From: Eledone cirrhosa
Taxonomy: Eukaryota
Assembly: GCA_964016885.1 (NCBI GenBank)
Contig: OZ024742.1
Location: 244,094,001-244,158,000 of the forward strand
Reading direction: 5' to 3'
DNA: 64,000 bases
Below, piece after piece: positions 26,220 through 40,300 of this stretch (its first letter is position 1; each line of letters begins with the position of its first letter). The notes below the pieces were generated by a model. The model saw only the letters and a program-made list of their open reading frames with translations. It was not told where the DNA came from and ran no database searches. A program made the position numbers and the translations under genes.

Positions 26220-27300
26220 GACTCTTTATTTTCTGAGTTCAAATCCTGCCACGATCAACACAGGCTTTTCGTCCTTCTGGTGTCAATTAATTAGAAACCA
26301 CCACTAGACGAATTATGATGATAGTTAAAATCTTTTACGGTATTTAATCACGACCTTTTAAGTTTTGAGTTCAAATGCTGCCGAATCCAGTTTTCATCCT
26401 TCTGAGGTTGATAAAATTAAGTAACAGTTAAGTACAGGGGTCGATTTAATCAATTAGCAAATTCCTAGCCTTGTGTCTTATGTTAGAAACGATTATCATT
26501 AAGTACAATGCAATGGATTGGCAGAATCGGTAGAGCGGCAGACAAAATGCCTCGTGATATTAGTTCCGGCTCATTATACTCGGAGCTTAAATCCCGCTAA
26601 ATCAGCTTTGACTCTCATCCTTCCGGGGTCGAAAAAGTAAAGTATCGGTCAAGTACTGGGCTTCATGTAACTGACTAACCCGCTTCCCCAGAATTTCTAT
26701 TCTGTTACTATGTTAAAAATAATTATCAAGGGCAGTGGATTGGCAGAAATGTTAGAGCGTCGGACAAAATAGATTGCCATTCATATTTCCGAGGTGGAAA
26801 AAGTAAAGTACTATCGTTGATACCGACCGTTCCCTCCTCCCATACATTTCTGGGTTCGTGTTTATGTTAGAAACAATTGTTGGACAAAATGCCTAGTATT
26901 TGGTCCGGTTTTATAGATTGAGTTCAAATTCCGCCTTGACCAAATTTGCTTTTCACCCCCCCCCCCCCCCCTCTAAAAAAAAAAGAAGAAAGAAATGTTG
27001 GCCTTGTGCTTAAATTAGAAACCATTACTTATGTAGAGGTAGCAGTATATATTTACATCCATTTATGTTATAAGTTCTGATTCCAGAGAGGACTATGTTT
27101 TTGTCTTTCATCCTTAATTTGTAGTCATGTTAAAAATCATTACTATGGCTGTAGATAGCAGAATCGGTAAAGCACCAGTCATTTAGTTACGTCCCTTTAC
27201 GTTCTGAGTTCGAATTTATCTGGAGCCAACTTCGCCTTTCGCGAGTCAAATAAATTACATTTTGATCTCACCGAAATATGTGGTCTGTCTCTTCTGTTTA
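26220..27300 (+). mobile_element. Head-to-tail cluster of about 6 partial or complete SINE copies
   Basis: Recurrent GAGTTC(A/G)AAT, TGGCAGAA..GTAGAGC and TTAGAAAC.ATT motifs every ~100-250 bp. Confidence 0.7.
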
Positions 27301-27649
27301 TAAAAATTACAATTCAGCTGGACCCAGCTGTCTATTGTCCAATGTAAAATTGGAATAATATAAATTACCCCAAAACGATATAGATCAATTTAATATATTA
27401 CTGTGTACTTTTAAATATTAATTGATGTATTTTAAAGTTATCGTAATGGCTGATTGCAAAATAGCAAAACGCTAAGAAAATCAATTTATAAATATTATGC
27501 ACGTTGTATATATATTTGCTGTCTCTAATTCCTCTGTATATTAGAAAGATTCCGTGGTTCTTCTCATTTTCTCCAACTACTTCTGTTGCCACTGCTGTCA
27601 GATAATCAGACAGACACCCAGCCTAAAATAGTCAACATCCGTTTTGATA

Positions 27650-30100
27650 AATTTTACACCAAATCTATTAGTCATTTTATATTTAAATACGTGAGCGAGC
27701 GCGCACATACATTTAAATGGTACATGCGTTTAACGCGCGCTCTCCTAGCGTGTTACACACACACACAAATATATACACACATACACAAACATCAGGTGGC
27801 GAAAACGGGAATGTTGTGTGTGTATATATACATACAACGTATACACAACGCATTCTTATTTACATAAGCTTATATCTAAGGGCATACATTCGACAGAGTA
27901 GTTGTACCTGGTCACGAACACACGTACACAAGCCTACCTGAATGAACAGTTTCTTTTCTCTCTCTCTCTCACACACATACGCACACAGAGTCGTAAACAC
28001 CTATATCTACGTACAAATTGAAATATTCGTATTTATGTATACATTTACTTTGACTTAGTAACGTTAGGTTTACTTAAGCTTTGGAAATAATTTTTTTTTT
28101 TAATTAAAAAAAAAAAAAAAAAAAAAATTCTTATCCTGATAATTATTTCTCCGAACACATCATTACGTCGCCAGCTCTGCCAGATTTGTTATATTCTGTC
28201 AAACTAGCTTAATCTTGAGCATGTAATTTATTAGAAAAGAAACTTATGGTAGTCGGCTTGTTTATTGATTTGTGGTGACTTTCTAGCAAGAATAGATGTA
28301 AATAAACCGCTTTTTTCTCAGGCAGAAACCAGCGAAAAGGAAACGTAATTATAAAAAAAAAGCCAGTTACATAAGTAATATTAACTTATTAGCTGATTGT
28401 TTGTGGTGATATCATGAAGGAAGCGTTGTAGTGAGGAGTTGTTAACATTGATCTCTATCTCCACATTTCTTTAATTGCTCTCTTTCTCTCCCACTCATTC
28501 GCTATATTTTTCTTTCTCTCCGACGTTTGTGTGTGTGCGTGTATGGAGAGGTGCCAGATCTTTCTCCCTCCCTCTCCCTTGGGGGAGCAACAGGCCAGTT
28601 ACCAACCAACGATCCACATTATTTATTTGCACTTCGAACATTGTCTCTGTTACACTATGCAGATCACTGGGCTTTGCTGGGACAGGACAGAAGCTAAAAC
28701 ACAAGATAGATGTTGAACGGCGCTTACCGACAGAGAACGGAGGAGGCGAGACAGATGGTGGCGGTGGTAGTGGTAACGACACGGGGGGCGGGGGAATCAA
28801 ATTAATATTCATAAAGTACTTGCTGACTAGTTTCTTACTAATAAAAACTACTAATACGCCCCCCCCCCCATAAAACTATTCATACACTCCCTTTTCTAGT
28901 ATACACTACGAACAAAAAAAAAAAAGTCTTGCCTACCTTATAAGGTTTTAAAAGTTAATTTTTATATTAGGTTAAAACTGAAAAAATAAAGTTAAAAAAT
29001 GCCTTAATGGCGCAAGGCCCGTAAAATAACGTGAAGAAAATGGCTTTCGTTTTTCTACCACTAAAACTGACAAGGCGTTAAAATGTCCACAAGTTTAGGC
29101 TTGTCTTATCTCGATGGCTCTATAAAATCATTCACCTTATAAATAGTCTTTAGTTTGTAAACAGTACCTGTTTACCCTAGCAGCAATCTTTATTATTTTC
29201 CAACCATCCGCCTATTTTATTCGCTGCTTTTTCTCCCACTCCCCATTTTAAACATTGATTTATTTCATTTCTTTCCAAATGCTATTATTATTAGTAGTTT
29301 TTTCTTTAAATAAAATTTCACAAACACATCCCGTGTTTTTGTTTACTATATTTGTTCTTCCTTGAATGCTTTTATTTATTTATTTATTCATGACCTTTGT
29401 ATTAACTCAAAATTATATTTATCACTTATCCAGCTAAGATACGGCTATTTAGATATTTTCTACAAATAATTTTTGTTTTGTTGGTAATTTGGATAATTGT
29501 TTCATCAGACATTACATTAATTGTTTAATATACGGGACATTGTATATTTACTCAGGTACCTGCAGTTGTTACCTGACTTTTTTCTTTATATTTTTGCTAT
29601 GCTTTTTCTGTCTCTTAACATACTTAGATCACGATCTATTCAAATATTTGCTTTAATTCTTCTAACCACCAGAGAGAAACAATCTAGTTATCCAGTCATA
29701 CTAATGTAGCTCTTCCACCGCCGCTGCTGCTAACGTTTACGTCCTCCTCCTCCTCCCGTTGTTGCAGTCTTACCGCCTCTCTTTCTCTCTCTGTCTCGCT
29801 GCTATAGTTGTCTTGTTATCATATCCTCATTCTCGGGCCACAGCCCTAGCCCTGATTAATATTCATCAGCACCGACTGACTATTGTGTAGGAAGTGCTGA
29901 ATAGGGCATTTTGCGACGACCCAAGAAGTACATCAGCCATTAACAAAGCTGTATAGCATTGTTGCGAAGGTGCTAAGGCCTCCTCTGTCTCTCTTAGTTC
30001 GTTCGTTCATTCCTTCTTTCTCGTTCTCTCTTTCTCTCCCTCCCCTCCCTTCCGTTTCTCCTTCTTCCTCCCTCCACACTACAATACGCAACTACTACTA
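27650..30100. promoter_or_regulatory. CpG-enriched, TE-poor promoter-like region
   Basis: CpG clusters (GCGAGCGCGC, ACGCGCGC), GC box GGGGGCGGGG at ~28782, (CT)n tracts and a Sox-like AACAAAG at ~29942. It precedes strong splice donors at 30665 and 30782. Confidence 0.45.
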
Positions 30101-30664
30101 CTACTCCTCACAGCAGCAACACTTTCAATAACAGTAGTAGGAGTAGTAATCATATTACAATTTCTCTGTGTGTGTATGTGTTGTTTGTGATATATATACA
30201 CACACACACACATATAAATATTACATACATACACACACACATATATTTTTTTTCTTCTCTCACTCACTCACTCACTCTCTCTCTCTCTATATATATACAT
30301 ATTTTGATATTTATTTATAAAAAATTATTTGAAACAACATCAAGGATTTATATATATATTTCTATAGACAAAACAGCCTACATATAATTCACATATTTTC
30401 ATAAACACACATATCAATATTTATTATATGTACATATAACAAACTCGTGTATATCTATTATTACATGTATTTATAATCTTAACACTTCTGAAAAGGTTAA
30501 TACAACATAGCAGTGTTTGCATGTTATTTCCCAAACAAGCAACAGAACGGATTTAATATTTAGGATTTTTGGAAAGCAAAGAAACTTTAAAATACTCAGC
30601 TAAACAACAGACATTTTACGGTGGGATCTTCACAACAAATTTCAATCATGAAGATTTCGACGTG
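30100..30664 (+). other. Putative first exon of a long-intron gene (possible start MKIST at 30648, or UTR only)
   Basis: ATC-ATG AAG ATT TCG ACG TG|GTAAGG donor at 30665 and an alternative donor CCG|GTGAGT at 30782. The 5' boundary is a guess and no downstream coding exon was identified. Confidence 0.35.
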
Positions 30665-32862
30665 GTAAGGATGTTTTTTTTTTTGTTTCCCCACTATTAG
30701 TTACACAATTCTTTTTAAATCAGTTGCCCAGTGTTTCTATATCTATTCTTTCTTAACACGTTATCTGATAACTAAATACCGGTGAGTTTGCAGGGGTGGT
30801 ATGTATATATATACGTGTGTGTGTATATATATATATATATATACACACACACATACATATGTGTGGGATTTCTTTGGTAGCGTTCGAAGTTACAGCTGCT
30901 GCTGTAAAAGTTTTCTTATTTAATGTTTTCATCTACATTTATTGAACTACTTTATAACTTTTAGACATACAGATAAAATAAATATAATTTATAATACGTA
31001 TTCATCATGTAAATATTAAAATAAGCGGGATCTTGTGTAGTTAGACAATGCTTAACGGGGTCTTTTACTATTTTGCCTTTCGAATGAAACAAGTACCGTT
31101 TATTTTTTATTTATTGTTTAAATCAGTTTTTCTTATTTCCTTCTATATTGAAATTAATTCATCCATAGAATTTTATATTTAGCTTTAATCGATTTCTGGT
31201 GTCACGGCTCTTCCGTCCCCTCCTTGGCCAGAAAACATGTGCTTCTTTGAAACCGTGTTCTGCGCCTGCGTATCATGGATCCTTTCTTTTCATCATTTCC
31301 CCTTTTTTATTTACTTTTCACCAAGCCTCCTTTTCCCACAACTCTTTATTTACTTGTTTTCTTTTATTAAACATCCTATGTATTTTTTGTTCTTTCTCCT
31401 TTTGGTTCCCTTTAAATTATCTTTTATTTTCTCAAATCACCCTCAAACTTGTCCATTACTAACAAATGGATAAATAGAAGTTGTGTACACATATATAATA
31501 CTGTATAAACAGCTTTATTAAATCATAGATGTTCATTTTCCCCTCATTTATTTTTTATTATTGTTTTCAATGGTTCCGTTCTAGTTTTATTTTGGGTCTC
31601 ATGCTTGATAAACAATTCTGTAAATTTTATGTGTTATTTTCCCAACAATATTTCACACAATTGTTATGTGGTTGCTGTTTATTTCATCCGATTATCTTTC
31701 CGTCTCTACTTGGGATCAATGGATCTATCCGTCTTACTTTTAGAATATACCCCTGTCTTATATACTTTTCACTTTTGTATTGTGGTTGTTTTGGGGGATT
31801 TTTTTTCCTAAACATAAATTCTTCTTTCTTTTTTCCCTCCTATTAAAACTATTTTCTTCGTGTTTCTTTTTATTTGACCTAGAAACTAGTTGTCAACCGT
31901 CAACGTTGCTGATAATTTTTATCATCTACTAAAGTTGTCTTATCACATTATTCCCCCCTCCTTGTCTATTTGCGTAGCTTAATGTCAGATGTTAACACAT
32001 TTCTTTGAAATTAGCCAGCCCATTTAACTTCTTAAGTATATTTCTTTTCATTGTATGATGCTTTAATGTATTTAGACAGCCCTATTAGCTAACTAGAAGA
32101 ACAATTTCATTTGGTGATTCCATTTACGAAAAGCAAGCTACAACAACAAAACTGTAACAAGCAATAAAATCAACCTCGTTCTATTGTCTGCAGCATCACT
32201 TTAACGCTATTTATTGAATATGTCTAATCTTCTGTTATCTATTATTATTTTTTTAATTTGATCGTTGGCAACTTTTTCTTTCATTGTTAAAAAAATTTGT
32301 AGAATGTAAAAGTCTGATTATTGTTAACATTTTTTGTTTACTTCCAATTACTGTACCTATCTTCGTATCACCGAATAAATTCAATATAGTAACATGCCAA
32401 ACTTATTAATTGCCCATTATATTTTCAATCGTCAGATTATATTTTAATTTACAAATTCCAAATATAACGGGTAATTTTCTTTTGTTGTTCCAACTTCTTT
32501 CCTAGAAACTCCTTTATTCGTCTTCCTTTTTCCCTTTTGTTCTTTCTATCGGTCAACCCATTGTTTATCCTTCTGAAAACACAATATTTTAGTTTTAATT
32601 CATATTGTAAGGTTTTTGTTGTTGCTTACTAATTTTCAATGAAAAATATTTATTCAAACAAATTTATCTTATATTAGATTAGTTGTTAACAGTATACTAA
32701 GTACCCGATCAATTGTTTTACAAAAATAACTGGAGCCATTCAGGTTTACGCATTGATTAAATTCGATGTTGGGAAAATGTGAACTCTGTTGTTTTAAAAG
32801 TAGAAATAGTAGGGCTTTTTTTGTCAACAAATTCAGTCTAATATTTCATTCACATAACATTA

Positions 32863-32895
<33 letters not shown>

Positions 32896-34713
32896 TATAA
32901 TGAGAGATAAAAGAATATACTAGGTTTATTCATATAAAGCTTGTTTTGCTTATATTTGTCTATCTATAATTAGAAATACATATTTTAAATTAGCACTCAT
33001 TGTATGCTCTTTTGTTGTCTACTAATTTTGTTATTGTTTTTTTTAAAAGAAACACAAAAAATCTACGGCTTGTACAATTTCTTTATGCGCCATAGCTTTT
33101 ATTAAATGGCTCTTATGCTGTTGGAATTGTTTGAAAGTTAACAATAGTTTAAAGTTGTTCCCGGTTTCTGTAAAGCATGCTTCTTAATTTAAAAATGAAT
33201 GTTAACAAGCTACTGATAATAGAGCATTTGACCAGTGAGTTTAGAATACAACAGGCACCAAACATGTTTTGTTTTTGTTTTCTGTACGTGTATTATGCTC
33301 AAATTATATTGTGTACAGCTTGCTTATATGAAAGTTTGGCTTTTGGTAGTTACTTACTCTAATTTATTGAATATTAAAACACCATTCCAACAATACATCT
33401 GATACAACTAATATTACGAGTATAGTTAGTATTCGTTTAAAATTTGTTTTGTTTATATTTCTATATAAAAATATGATTCAATTGGTTACGTTATTTTCAT
33501 TAGTCATATTTACATCCGTATTGTGAAAATATTTAGAGGATTGAGTAGGAGGTGATTCATACATGCACATAGCACGTTTGTTTCATGTTTCTCTCTTTTT
33601 CAAAAAATAGCAAAGATTTGGCTTTTCGAAAATAAATGAAGGCTAAAATCAAAACAAATAGGGTAATTTGTTTGAAGAGAAAAAATATAGAATACAGTAT
33701 ATACACCGTTTGGCGATCTATTTGTATTGTTTCCTTATTTAGAGGACAATATAAAAAGGCATTTGTCACAAGTAAAAGTAAAACAGGTAGGGAATAGCTC
33801 TGTGAAATATGCAAAATGTTGTTTTACTCCGTTTAATCAAGCGTGGGGTTTTTCTTTTGATTCTATATTCAACATGAACTGCTCTGGTTCTGAAAACAAA
33901 ATCTTCTTGAAAAATGATTTCTTTAGAATTAACGAATAAAAAAATTTCTGGTAGTTTTTTTCTTGATATTAAAGCTAGAATGTGCTAATATGAAAGTTCT
34001 TTTAAAGATTCTTCTTCAAAAGACAACCTAATTTAACATTCAATAATTTTGGAGCATGTCAGTCCATTGAAAACAACACCGGTTTCTCCTTTTTACTCGA
34101 GTAGAATTTACATGGTTTTGCCAAGTAACCTCCCTTCACTTCCTACTTCTGTCTAAGTTTTAGATAAATTAATGTCTATAGACAGTTTAATAGTAATTTT
34201 GGATTCAAGTTATATGTAGTGATTAAACTATTTTTTTGACATGTATTGACCCCATACATTTGGCTATTATTGAATTCCTTTTTTTCTTTCCTTAAGTATT
34301 TTGTTTTCATTCAGATCAGCAAATGATAACGAAAAATATACCACTTGACCAATAAGTACTCCCCACTGAAAACCTTTCATCTTTACGATGTACCCATTCT
34401 TCTACTATTACAAACCTGCTTTTGCTCTTCGGAACTTACCAGCTATATCCCTGTACCAAATATTACATGCAGTCCTTCATTCTGCGAACGTTTTTGCTTG
34501 GTTTTATCTTACAAACTACTAACTTCCCATTTTTCAAACTACTAACTTCCCATTTTTCAAACTCCACATTAACCAAACGTATCTTACTGTACCTTCCATA
34601 TATATTTTAGATAATAAACACAAGGTTGTCTTCGTTTAAACAGTATACTACTGTGCATTTTTTTTTAAACCATAGAGTTGCTGTAGCATGGTAAGAATCA
34701 CATTGGTTTAAAC

Positions 34714-34812
34714 CAATCGTGGGCACACCTGATTTCAAAATTGCCTTAAATTTTTTAGTAGAGAGACCTGCCATTATGCAGCCCACTGCTCAAAAAAGGT
34801 TGCCCATAGCAG
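34714..34812. mobile_element. Short hAT MITE with 8-bp TSD GTTTAAAC
   Basis: GTTTAAAC flanks both sides. Degenerate TIRs CAATCGTGGGCA and TGCCCATAGCAG. Confidence 0.65.
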
Positions 34813-36523
34813 GTTTAAACCTTAATATCCCCGTTGAACTAACATAGCCTTCAATATTCTCTCTAGGTATATCTGATAACAGAAGTCAAAGCTTTAAGCT
34901 CCACCCTCCACATAAAAATTAACAACAACAGGTATTATCTTTGTTTGCATCTACCTAATTAAGCTCATTATACACAAATGAATAGCTATGATAAGCTTTG
35001 TGTCAGTGTTTAACACCTTTGTTAGGGTCACTACTTCCAATTCATTCTAAGATGTACTCTTTTCATGTGTTATGAATGAAATTTGTATCAACTTTCTTTA
35101 GTAGTTTAGATTTGTAAAATGACAATTACAATTACAGACCCAATAATTAGTATCTTATAATTTGAGCTAAGTTTGCCTTAGATCTTGCACTGTTGAAACA
35201 AGTACTCTGAGGAACCGTTAAAAGAAACCTAAAGTTTGTTATTGATCTGTTTTCATCTATTGTAGGTCATTAAGTGGATCAAGCATATGTGGGAGGGTCT
35301 TTTAAAATTAAAGGGAGTTGATCTGACATAAGACAGAACAATGAAAAAGGTCTGGAAGCATAAGATGGACACATTTAAAACTGATTTCATTCTTATATTA
35401 TCTGTAAGAGAAATCATCACCTTTATTTCTAATCTAAATTAAAATAAATTAGAATAAATCTTCAGAGTAATTTAAAAACCCAACTGGTATTGTTAAACAT
35501 TACATTATAATTTATACAATAACAATTTGTAATCATCTTTGTATTAATCCATACTGCCTAAATAACAATAGAAGATAAGTATCCTTGTGTAACAACTGGT
35601 TCTAACTCATAAGGTATTTATTTTCTTAGGTTGTTCATTTTATTCCACCCACTTTTATGAGAATAGTAGTAACACTTGCTTCATAATGTGATTTTATTGG
35701 TAAACTTGTAGGATATATTCAAGTCGGATAAATCCAAATGTTTTATCACTTGTACCAAAGTAACATTCTGCTCGGTGAGGAAATCATAATTAAACTTGAG
35801 TTTAGATTCAAATGATAATAGTTTGTTAGTATGTAAATTCGACAGTATTCTAGTTACTTGAGTGTAATGTTTGAAAAGTTTTCCAATAAAATAAAACTTG
35901 TGAAACTATAAGAAATATCTATTTTATTATAATATTTAGGACTTATAAATAGTTAAAAATGTATGTGATGATATGAGTGAGATTCATTGAGTAGGGTTTT
36001 TTCCTCCTAAGTTTAAAGTGACTATTCATCAGAACAGTTCAGTTGTAGAGGAGTGTAACAAGAAAATGTGATAGATGTAGTTAAACAGTTTCTTGACTTG
36101 AGTATGAGACCAAGGAAGTTACAGGAGAATGATTTACAGAGCTGCTATGAGTTTCAAAGGAAAAGGGGCTGACTTGGGCCATGCTGTGAGCTTTGACACA
36201 ACTTAATCAAATCTATTATTGTACCAACAGCACTTACAACTCCATATTAATAGTTTCTGATTTAGACACAAAGCCAGCAATTTGAAGGGAAGGAGAAAAC
36301 TTACATCAACACCATAAGGATGAAAGGCAAAGCTAATCTCGATGGGATTTGAACTCAGAACATAAAGAGCCACAACTCTATACTGTAAATCACATTGTCC
36401 AATGCTCTACCTATACTGCCAATCCAGCAACCTACATATTAGTGCTGTTTGTGATGTTTTATCAACATAAATAGACTAGGTGGCTGAATGTATAAAATAT
36501 CTGCTTCTCAGTAATGAGTTTAA

Positions 36524-36691
36524 CTCCTTTCTGACTCTACTTCAATTAATTAATGAAGAATTTCGAGGCCTTCATTAAAACTATTAATTATCTCATTACT
36601 AAGATAGTTATATAAAATTATGAAAGATTTAAATGGGTGGTTTTGTTTCATAAAGCAAGCAGTGGTTTGGGGCATGTTGGTATCAAAAGGG
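36524..36691. mobile_element. TTAA-flanked MITE (piggyBac-like), related to 57465-57649
   Basis: TTAA|CTCCTTT ... ATCAAAAGGG|TTAA. Confidence 0.5.
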
Positions 36692-37201
36692 TTAAGCCTT
36701 ACTACTGGCATTTTGTTGTGTTTCTGGACAGAACACTTCAGTCTAAATTGTCTTATTTCATTTAGTTATTGGAATAGGTGCCAATCTGTAAATGTCTGCC
36801 AGGTGTCCTCGTCTACCACCCTGCCATTATATTCAGATTCTGTTTCTGATAGTTGGTTACAAGTACAATCTTATTCCATATTAAACTACTCATGCGCAGA
36901 ATAACTCGTCAGGTAGAAATACTCATGCAGGTGGTATGTTCATTTTGCTAATGAAAAAGCATTCTGGCCTAAAACATTAACATATCACTTTGAATTTAAA
37001 TAGTAAAAATATGTTTCTTACCATAAGTGCTACGATTTGTTTTGAAACAAAACAAAAGAAGTACATGAATTTATCAGCTTTGTATGTGGTACAAATGAAG
37101 TTACTATGTTTATGGATTTCTTCTTTTAGATAGAGCCCAGCCATACATGCTATGACAACAAATAGAATTGAACTCAATCCTACAAACTAATAAACGATGA
37201 G

Positions 37202-37330
37202 TCTATTCTAAAATGCTACCCCTCATTAGAATAGTAAGTTGTTTCTACCTTATAATACTTATTCACAAGCCTATTCTAAAATGCTACTCTCACTAGAACA
37301 GTAAGTTGTTTCTACCTTATAGTACTTATT
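37202..37330. repeat. Tandem duplication of about 68 bp
   Basis: CTATTCTAAAATGCTAC...GTAAGTTGTTTCTACCTTATA.TACTTATT occurs twice. Confidence 0.9.
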
Positions 37331-40300
37331 TTTAGCTAAGTGGTCTGGGCCATTTGATAATTGTCTTGGCCACATCAAAAACTGCCTTTCACCTAGGTGT
37401 GCTGTACCCTCTCCACTTAGTCAGATAGTGTAGTAGTAGTAGTAGCTTGTTAGATGAATGGTCTCTCAAAAAAAAGATGTCTAATTGGTGAGAGAGACTC
37501 ACTAGCATATTCCAGGAAATGAAAATATGCTGAGATATTAACAAGAGGAGAGAAAAGAAGTCTACCTTTGACAACATTGATATATATATATTTATATAGT
37601 AGCTATGAATTTTGTTTAGTCCAGAACTTACTGCAGGTGTTTTCTTTAATGCTTCAATTCTCATCAAATATTTATGAAGGTAGCATAAGAGAAAATGGTG
37701 TAGTAGACTATGACTTTCAAACATTAAAATGATATCCCATATAGTTTAACAGGCCAAAGAATAATCATTCCTGGATAACTGAGAACATTAGCTACATGAA
37801 ATGCAATTAAAGCTAATGAGAGCCACAATCTAAAAGTAAAATATAATTCCTACCCCATGGAAAGATAAAACGCACCCAGTACACTCTGAAAATGAGTTGA
37901 CATTAGAAAGGACATCCAGCAATAGAAATGATACTAAAAAGGGTTGAGAGCACTCTTCAGTCATTACAATCTCTCTAGTACTGGTACCATTAATAAATGC
38001 ATCCACTACACTTTCTAAAGTGGTTGGTGTTAGGCAGGGCATCCAATTTACCATGTGGTAAGCAAGATGTGGCCTCTGGCTCATCTAGGAGGACAGTAGC
38101 TCTGATTAAATACTGACTTGATATGTCTAACCCATGCTACTATTGTAAAACGAATGTAAAATGATGATAATACATGTTTCATACAATGGAATATTTATAA
38201 ACAATGTGAAAATTAAGAAAAATTTTAATGAATAATCACATGACTCTAGGTTTCTAATTTGACAGCTCTGGGTCAAGCACCTAACTAATTCGTTTAATAA
38301 AGCTTTTCATATAGCTTTTTGTTATGGTTCATCTCATTTGTGTTTTGTGGTTGTAATTATTATTATGACTTACAAAACCGAAAATCTTTTTAACAAGTGG
38401 AACAACTATTTCAGCAACTCTTCATTGACTCCATTTGATGTGTTGCTTTAGAGAGAGAGTGCAAGAGGAGAAAGTTACAAAACAAACATATTTTCTATGT
38501 AGAGTTTGAGCAGACAGGTCTGACACAGTTCTGATAAATACAAAAGACATCTCTCTCATACCTTTAGTAACACCTGTCTAACATTAGCATATCAAAATGG
38601 AAACAAGGTGCCTTATAGAGAAACTTTACTAATTAACAGGCTGATATTAATATAATTAATCCTATTTACGACACTTCCTTAATTTATTATAGTTTATTTC
38701 CTGCCATATGTAAGAATTAAAAAAAAATTAATTAATGTTGCATGTTGAATCTCACGAGATCCACCCCTATTTAAACATATTATGTCTAAAATGGTAACAG
38801 TGCTTCCCATCAGATTATCAAAGCTAAATAGTCTGATATCTAGTTACTTCTCAGATTCTGGAAGCAAGCAACCATTCGTCCATATGATAGCGGACAGAAT
38901 ATCATGTTTTATAGTACATACCTCTATGTCTATCTGTATCTCATAATTGAGTTACTACACAGGTTCTGGAAGCCAGCAACTGTTGGTCTATATGATAGCT
39001 GATAGAAATGTCTACCAGCATCTCATAATTGTAGCTCCAGATTTCATCATGGTTGACTTTATTTATTACATTTTCAAGCCCCTTTTACTGAGTACCAGTA
39101 ATATACATCAGTTGACTCAGTTAATTACAGTTCCTCTCCTTACAAAAAGGGTGACTACTGCAAATGTATTAGATATCATTTTCATGTCTCTTCATTTGCA
39201 ATTATATTTTAGATGCTGAAATATCTGTGTTCATGCACACACACACAGGAATACTTGGGGACTGACATGGCTGTAGAGCTTAGAGGTTTATTTGCAGCCC
39301 ATGGTTTCAGTTTTTTTCCCCACTGTGCAGCACTTAGGGCAATTGCTTTTTACTATAGTTTTAGATTATCATAGTAATTACACAGAATCCTGCTCTCATT
39401 ATGTGTATATATCTTTCGACAAAGGCTGTAAACATTGGTGAGATGAGTAAAATAAAAAAAAAAGGACTGTGTTTTTTGGATAAAGTCTTTTGTGGTATTT
39501 GTTCCTCATCAGGTTACAGAGATTCCCTTGTCCCTCTAGTCATCAGAAATGTTGTGAAACTGTGATTGGCTTCTAACTACACTATTGTTCACCAATTGCA
39601 ATATAAAATAAATAAAAGCAAACTAATATTTTTTTTTTCTTTTTAGCTTTCATGTAACAAATATTTGACCACCATAATAAACACTTCTCTAATATTATTA
39701 AGCTTCTGCACAGGGATTATAGGATTAAAGTGCTTACAGTTGTACAAACTAGAGCTAATATATTACGTATCTTGCCCTAGTTGGCTTAACTAGGCATCTT
39801 CGACTGAGCCAAAAACTACTTCATCTTTGAATAATTATTGACCCACTAAAATGCACAAGTGCAAACCCACATTAAGATATATTAAAGGACCACGGTATCC
39901 AATTTATTGGCAATATTTCATTCACCAACAAACTAAAACCACTTGCATACCAATGGATTGTTCTTTCTTCTGCTACTGTTAGGGTCACTGCTCCTTAGAA
40001 CTAGCAAGTGATGTATTACCATCACCTAAGCCAACCAATTCACATTTACACCCTACTGTCAAAATACAGGGAAATACATTTTGGATATTATTGTAAACAT
40101 GGTTGTATTATGTTCGGAGGGGTGGTCATAATTAGAATGCCTTTGACTATGAATTTGCTTGATCATAGCTAAATTATGTCAACTAATGCACATGTCCCTC
40201 ATTATCTTATTAAGTTTCATTTACCAAACAGCATACTAACTACTGCACACCCCAAACTGGAACTTGTTTATGGCTTTCCTTCCATACACTGACCTACATA

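Noticed and set aside
28475-28873. Pro- or Gly-rich ORFs on both strands
   Set aside because: Low-complexity GC-rich promoter-like sequence with no domain signature.
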